Position numbers and translations under genes: made by a program
DNA from: Obrimoposthia wandeli
Taxonomy: Eukaryota
DNA length: 64,000 nt
NCBI GenBank assembly: GCA_977020255.1
Contig: CDROCS010005398.1
Location: 1-64,000 of the forward strand
Reading direction: 5' to 3'
Shown: positions 58,870 through 64,000 of the stretch, in pieces
Layout: the number at the start of each line of letters is the position of its first letter
Position numbering within the stretch: position 1 is the stretch's first letter
The notes under the pieces: model-generated
Told to the model about the DNA's origin: nothing
Seen by the model: only the letters and a program-made list of their open reading frames with translations
The model's database searches: none

Positions 58870-59499
58870 ATGATAAATCCGATAAGTATAAGTAATTCAC
58901 CTCGCGTCAATTACGTAACTAAAAAGTTCATAATGGAAGATGACGAAACACAACAACTAAGTACCTGCTTAGTTAAAATCGGCAATGCACGAGATAAAGT
59001 AGCCTTTGCAACTTTGTTCAAATGGTTTGCGCCCAAAATAATCCGCTTTGGTATCAAAACATTAAATACCGAGGCGCATGCCAAGGAATTGTTGCAAGAA
59101 ACAATGACCAAAGTATGGAAGAAAGCCCATACCTACGATGATACCAAAGGTAAAGCCAGCACCTGGGTGTATACCGTTATGCGTAACGTGTCTTTTGATA
59201 TGCTCAGAAAGATCCAATCTAACAAAGAAGATACCATCAGTGATGATATCTGGCCTATGCTCGACAGCGATGAAAACAGTAATGAAGATGCTTACCCCGA
59301 TCACCTGATGAGCCGAACCATGTCCGTTCATGTGGATCAGTTACCCGAAAACCAGAAACAAATAATTAAGGGTGTGTACTTCAACGAACTGTCGCAAGAA
59401 CAACTGGCTAAGCAACTTGATATCCCGGTCGGTACCGTTAAATCAAGACTACGCTTAGCGCTCGCCAAGTTAAAACAGTATATCGGAGAAGATTCATGA
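58870..59499 (+). CDS. ECF sigma factor (RpoE of the RpoE-ChrR pair)
   Basis: AF..LF..FAP, ELLQETM..VW.KA..YD..KG.ASTW.YT..RN, GTVKSRLRLAL; overlaps chrR. Confidence 0.93.
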   Translation: MINPISISNSPRVNYVTKKFIMEDDETQQLSTCLVKIGNARDKVAFATLFKWFAPKIIRFGIKTLNTEAHAKELLQETMTKVWKKAHTYDDTKGKASTWVYTVMRNVSFDMLRKIQSNKEDTISDDIWPMLDSDENSNEDAYPDHLMSRTMSVHVDQLPENQKQIIKGVYFNELSQEQLAKQLDIPVGTVKSRLRLALAKLKQYIGEDS

Positions 59500-60176
59500 T
59501 TAAATATCACCCTAGCCATGAGTTACTCGATACCTTCGTTACAGGTCAACTACCTGCCTCGTTCAGTGCTGCTATCGCGATACATACTGAGCTTTGCGAG
59601 ATTTGTCGAAACAAAGTAGCGCAGTTAGAGTCAACTCATGCAACAAGTACCTTCATTTCATCAACTGCCGACGAAGAGTCTGATTTGACAGCTGACATGT
59701 TATTTAATGACTGGGAAATAGACAGTTTAATCTGCTCGATCACTGACAATGATGAGATAATTCATGCGACAGCGGCAGTACCGCAGGCTATTAGCTTTAA
59801 CCACACTGAATATCTACTACCGCGCGCATTACAACACATCGCCTTAGGTAAACAGCTTAACGTAGGCAAGTTGACCCGTTCTCGGTTAGATCTTAATGAA
59901 GGTGCGATACACGCAAGTTTACTGCATATTCAAGCTGGCGGCAGCATCCCCAACCATACGCACAAAGGTACTGAGTTAACCTTGTTACTCGAAGGTAGTT
60001 TTGAAGATGAAATGGGCACCTACAATAAAGGTGATTTTATTGTACTCAATAATAAGCATACCCATAGCCCCATCACTCAGCAAGGTTGTCTCTGTTATAC
60101 CGTGGTAGATAGTCCACTGACATTTACTGACGGCATAGCCAAAATACTTAACCCCCTCGGAAACTTTATCTATTAA
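59496..60176 (+). CDS. chrR: Anti-sigma factor ChrR (ZAS plus cupin)
   Basis: HP...HTELCEIC ZAS motif; cupin P.HTHKG.ELTL.L.GSFED..G.Y..GDF. Confidence 0.93.
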   Translation: MIKYHPSHELLDTFVTGQLPASFSAAIAIHTELCEICRNKVAQLESTHATSTFISSTADEESDLTADMLFNDWEIDSLICSITDNDEIIHATAAVPQAISFNHTEYLLPRALQHIALGKQLNVGKLTRSRLDLNEGAIHASLLHIQAGGSIPNHTHKGTELTLLLEGSFEDEMGTYNKGDFIVLNNKHTHSPITQQGCLCYTVVDSPLTFTDGIAKILNPLGNFIY

Positions 60177-60180
60177 ATCA

Positions 60181-60216
60181 ACGGCAGTTTATTGTAATTA
60201 ATTGATAAACTGCCGT
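60181..60216 (+). terminator. Terminator after chrR
   Basis: ACGGCAGTTTAT...ATAAACTGCCGT perfect 12-bp stem. Confidence 0.75.
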
Positions 60217-60330
60217 AAATTGTTATGCCTCCTGCCATTATTTTCGCTACACTTTTCTTTAGTATCACAACTCTTTTCATTACGACAATTAAACTAACCA
60301 TTAAACTAACCATTAAATGAATCATACATG

Positions 60331-60356
60331 TGATCCTTTTTCTGCTTCCAACCGTA
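60331..60356 (+). promoter_or_regulatory. RpoE(ChrR)-type promoter
   Basis: TGATC-N17-CGTA upstream of the SnoaL-SDR-oxidase-DUF1365-cfa operon. Confidence 0.82.
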
Positions 60357-60421
60357 TTAAAGACATAACACTTATAAATAGCACTTACACAGTCTACTTA
60401 TAAATAGTACTTAATCATTAG

Positions 60422-60898
60422 ATGGAATTAACAATGATAAATACCTCGCTAAGTAATACTACATTGGAACAAGATCAGGGACAGTGGCTCAATCATTTTA
60501 TTGAAATCTACACACGTTTAAATAAAGCAAACTTGCACACCCTTGCAGACATTTATCATGATGATATTCAATTTCAAGATCCTTTGCATAAAGTAGCGGG
60601 GATAACCCAGCTGATCACTTACTTTGAAAACCTGTATACCAACTTAATCACCTGCACATTCGATATCACCCACCAACTGCTTAACGATAAAGAAGCCGCT
60701 ATTTACTGGAATATGACCTACGTTCATCCGAAATTAAATGCCGGCAAAGCCATCACCGTATCGGGTCATTCACACCTTAAAGCAGTAGACGGTAAAGTGA
60801 TCTATCACCGTGATTATCTCGATGTCGGCGCGATGTTATACGAACATATTCCTGTTCTTGGTAAAGCCGTCCGTTATTTAAAAAAGCATGTTGGATGA
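60422..60898 (+). CDS. NTF2/SnoaL-like protein
   Basis: IY.DDI.FQDP.H.V.G, W.MTY.HPKL, I.YHRDY.D.G.MLYEHIPVLG. Confidence 0.88.
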   Translation: MELTMINTSLSNTTLEQDQGQWLNHFIEIYTRLNKANLHTLADIYHDDIQFQDPLHKVAGITQLITYFENLYTNLITCTFDITHQLLNDKEAAIYWNMTYVHPKLNAGKAITVSGHSHLKAVDGKVIYHRDYLDVGAMLYEHIPVLGKAVRYLKKHVG

Positions 60899-60923
60899 AG
60901 CGCATTCATAAGGAGTACAACTA

Positions 60924-61643
60924 ATGAAATCGATATTAATTACAGGCGCATCATCAGGTATTGGGGCTGCATTAGCCACTCATTACGCCGACAAGGGTTA
61001 TCAAGTATTTGCTGGCGGTCGTAATATTCAACGACTGAATAAACTCAGCGCGGGATATGACAATATCACCCCCTTGGTTTGCGACGTGACATCGAAACAG
61101 AGTATCACCGAGGCAAGTTTAAACTTACCGCCATTAGATGTACTGATTCTTAACGCAGGTGACTGTGAGTATATTGATGATGCTAAACATTTTGACGGTG
61201 ATTTATTTGCCCGCATCATCACCACCAATTTAATTTCCGTTGGTTACTGCTTGCAAGCATGGTTAAAATTAATAAAATCAGGTGGTAAATTGGCATTAAC
61301 TAGCTCTAGCGCAGCGTTTCTCCCCCTCCCTCGCGCCGAGGCGTACGGCGCCTCAAAAGCTGGACTAAGTTACCTTGCAAAAACATTAAGCATAGATTTA
61401 AAGGCCCATAACATTCATGTGTCCGTTATTCATCCGGGGTTTGTTGATACACCATTAACGCAAAAAAATACCTTTGTGATGCCCCAGATTGTCACAGCAG
61501 AACGCGCCGCAAGTTATATCGCCTCCGGACTGGATAACAACAAGGTTGAAATTAACTTCCCGCGTTATTTTATTTGGATCATGAAAATCATTCGTTTGTT
61601 GCCTTTTTCATTATGGCAAAGAATAGCCCTGAGAATGTCTTAA
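60924..61643 (+). CDS. Short-chain dehydrogenase/reductase
   Basis: ITGASSGIG, LNAG, YGASK, PGFVDTPLT. Confidence 0.92.
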   Translation: MKSILITGASSGIGAALATHYADKGYQVFAGGRNIQRLNKLSAGYDNITPLVCDVTSKQSITEASLNLPPLDVLILNAGDCEYIDDAKHFDGDLFARIITTNLISVGYCLQAWLKLIKSGGKLALTSSSAAFLPLPRAEAYGASKAGLSYLAKTLSIDLKAHNIHVSVIHPGFVDTPLTQKNTFVMPQIVTAERAASYIASGLDNNKVEINFPRYFIWIMKIIRLLPFSLWQRIALRMS

Positions 61644-61765
61644 GGCTATTGTTATCAACAAATACTGAACATAAATACTAAAGAATATAGCGCCTAAAAC
61701 TGACAATGACATCTAACCAAATACAGAATATCTGTCGACAAAGAGCACTACAAGGAAGTTGAATT

Positions 61766-63034
61766 ATGAAAAAGAATATTGCGATTATCGGTACCGGCAT
61801 CTCCGGACTCACCAGTGCTTATTTATTAAATCAGCAACATAACATCCGTGTATTTGAAAAAAATGATTACATCGGCGGCCATACCGCAACCAAAGACATT
61901 CATTACGATGGTCAAGATTATGCCATTGATACTGGTTTTATCGTCTGTAACAACAAAACCTACCCGTATTTTTTAAAGCTACTCGAACAACTCAATGTGC
62001 CACTGCAAGATACCGAGATGAGCTTTAGCGTATTCAATAAAAATAACAATTTGGAATACAACGGTTGTGATTTAAATGGCTTATTTTCACAACGTCGTAA
62101 TATTTTCAATTTGAAATTTTGGCGGTTAATCTCAGAAATTTTGAATTTTAACAAACGTTGTAAAGCCCATTATCATGCCGATGATATTAGTGATGAACAC
62201 ACGCTAGGGGCATTCTTAACTGAAAACGGTTTTTCCGATTACTTTTGTCAGAATTATATTTTGCCGATGGGCGCAGCCATTTGGTCCACCAGCTTAAACG
62301 AAATGAAAGATTTTCAGCTTAAATTCTTTGTGCGTTTTTTCTTTAATCATGGTTTGCTCAATATCCAAGACCGACCTCAGTGGTACGTGATCCCAGGTGG
62401 CTCACGAGAATATATCACCCCGCTGATTGCCTCATTCAAAGACAAGATCCAATTAAACAGCAATATTACCCGCGTCAGCCGAACCGCAACCCATGTGACG
62501 ATACAATTCGCAGATGGCAGTGAGCAGCTGTTTGATGAAGTGGTATTTGCTTGCCATTCCGATCAAGCGTTAGCCTTACTCGGTGATCCATCACCGCAAG
62601 AAACAGCCATTTTAGGCGCGATCCCTTATAGCCGTAATGAAGTGGTGCTACACACAGATATTAATATTCTGCCTAGAAATACCCGTTCATGGGCAAGTTG
62701 GAATTACCTACTTAGTGAAGATAAACAAGCACAGCTTACTAAACCATCTTGCGTTACTTACAACATGAATATACTGCAGGGCATTGAATCAAAACATACC
62801 TTCTGTGTGACCTTGAATCAAACCGAACAAATAGCACCGCAAAAGATCATTCAAAAATTTGTCTATCACCACCCAGTATTTAATCACCTCAGCTTAGCGG
62901 CGCAACAACGTCGAGATGAAATTTGTGGTCAAAATCGCACCCACTTCACTGGCGCTTACTGGCACCATGGTTTCCATGAAGACGGCGTCAACAGTGCGGT
63001 TATCGTGGCGCAACGTTTTGGTATTAACTTATGA
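61766..63034 (+). CDS. FAD-dependent amine-oxidase-like protein
   Basis: IAIIGTGISG, FEK...GGH, DTGFIV.N...YP, WASWNY, HHGFHEDG. Confidence 0.9.
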   Translation: MKKNIAIIGTGISGLTSAYLLNQQHNIRVFEKNDYIGGHTATKDIHYDGQDYAIDTGFIVCNNKTYPYFLKLLEQLNVPLQDTEMSFSVFNKNNNLEYNGCDLNGLFSQRRNIFNLKFWRLISEILNFNKRCKAHYHADDISDEHTLGAFLTENGFSDYFCQNYILPMGAAIWSTSLNEMKDFQLKFFVRFFFNHGLLNIQDRPQWYVIPGGSREYITPLIASFKDKIQLNSNITRVSRTATHVTIQFADGSEQLFDEVVFACHSDQALALLGDPSPQETAILGAIPYSRNEVVLHTDINILPRNTRSWASWNYLLSEDKQAQLTKPSCVTYNMNILQGIESKHTFCVTLNQTEQIAPQKIIQKFVYHHPVFNHLSLAAQQRRDEICGQNRTHFTGAYWHHGFHEDGVNSAVIVAQRFGINL

Positions 63035-63807
63035 CAGACACAAGCTATCACAGTGGTCTTTACCAAGGTTCAGTCACCCATCGCCGCTTTAGCCCACGGA
63101 AAAACAGCTTTACTTATCAGATAGCCATGCTCGGCATAGATCTCGACGAACTCGATGATGTTATTGCGCAACATTGGTTATTGGGTAAAAACTGGTTTAA
63201 TCCAATCCGCTTTTTTGAAAAAGATTACTTAAAAAATGATCCTGGTACGCTGCGCCAACGTATAGAAAATAAAGTAGCTAAACTGGGGGGCGATTGGGAT
63301 GGCTCGAGGGTATTGATGTTAGCCCAATGTCGTTGTTTGGGAATTTATTTTAGCCCGATTAATTTGTACTACTGTTTTGAGCAATCTGGTGACTGTAAAT
63401 ACATGTTAGCCGAAGTCAGTAATACCCCTTGGAACCAACGCCATTACTATCTGGTTGATATGCACTCTAGCGCACTAACGCCAAAAGAGTTTCATGTATC
63501 CCCGTTTATGACGTTGGATATGAAATACCGCTGGCGGTTAACCACACCTGGACAGAAAGTGAAGGTCAACATCGACAACATTGGTTTAAACAGTACTGAT
63601 TTAAACCATACGGGTTTAAAAAATAATAAGCTGTTTGATGTATCAATGCGCTTAGACAAAACCAAAATAACAACAATTGAACTTGGTAAGAGCTGGATAA
63701 CGTTACCCTTTAGTGTCATCAAAGTATTGATCTTGATTTACTGGCAAGCACTTAAGTTAGTGGCGAAACGTATCCCCTTTATCTCTTATCAGAAGCACGG
63801 AGATTAA
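63031..63807 (+). CDS. DUF1365 family protein
   Basis: G.V.HRRF, LGIYFSPINLYYC, AEVSNTPW..RH.Y, K.FHVSPF, IYWQALKL. Confidence 0.92.
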   Translation: MTDTSYHSGLYQGSVTHRRFSPRKNSFTYQIAMLGIDLDELDDVIAQHWLLGKNWFNPIRFFEKDYLKNDPGTLRQRIENKVAKLGGDWDGSRVLMLAQCRCLGIYFSPINLYYCFEQSGDCKYMLAEVSNTPWNQRHYYLVDMHSSALTPKEFHVSPFMTLDMKYRWRLTTPGQKVKVNIDNIGLNSTDLNHTGLKNNKLFDVSMRLDKTKITTIELGKSWITLPFSVIKVLILIYWQALKLVAKRIPFISYQKHGD

Positions 63808-63809
63808 TA

Positions 63810-64000
63810 ATGACAACAACTCAAAATTTAGATTTAAAACCAGCATCGAGTACTGAACGTGCAAATGTGAAAACAAAATTAAGCTGGTTTAATAATAAAT
63901 GCCGTTCATTAGTGTTATCGACATTAGATAAGATGGAAGATGCCTGCTTACAAATTGAAGAGCATGGCGACATCATTGAACTGGGTAACCCAAATGCCAG
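63810..64000 (+). CDS. Cyclopropane-fatty-acyl synthase/SAM methyltransferase N-terminus (partial, by synteny)
   Basis: Open frame from ATG 63810 to the window end, directly after DUF1365, where cfa normally lies. The catalytic region is not visible. Confidence 0.55.
   Translation, partial: MTTTQNLDLKPASSTERANVKTKLSWFNNKCRSLVLSTLDKMEDACLQIEEHGDIIELGNPNA

Overview
AT-rich gammaproteobacterial chromosome segment; gene content suggests a marine Alteromonadales/Vibrionales-like organism (inference). Left flank: cellobiose/chitobiose-type PTS (IIA and IIC frameshifted), a Fur-controlled TonB1/Hut heme-uptake locus, FdhF/YdeP-FdhD, a PAS-GGDEF-EAL protein, an outer-membrane beta-barrel and an ABC1/UbiB kinase. 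Right flank: an RpoE-ChrR singlet-oxygen stress cluster. Five matching TGATC-N17-CGTA promoters were found, one of them on the left-flank kinase. Between the flanks, about 37 kb is bounded by three diverged copies of the same minus-strand tRNA operon segment (Arg-His-Leu-Pro), which define two tandem islands. Island A (~19.8-41.1 kb) is a probable phenylalanine-to-phenylacetyl-CoA catabolic module: NSS transporter, aromatic aminotransferase, fused-E1/E2 2-oxoacid dehydrogenase and paa genes, with no paaK. Island B (~45.7-56.0 kb) is the best candidate for an undescribed system. A divergent RtcR-like sigma54 activator with a CARF-like N-terminus faces a -24/-12 promoter. That promoter drives a small Cys/His protein, a WG-like-repeat/histidine-phosphatase fusion, a NodU/TobZ-type carbamoyltransferase, an NAD-sugar epimerase, a GT4 and a radical SAM/SPASM enzyme, with a GT2 convergent on the activator. 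The middle tRNA-Leu copy is split by an IS630, which is itself split by an IS21. Several local indel clusters may be sequencing or polishing errors, so frameshift calls need read-level checks.
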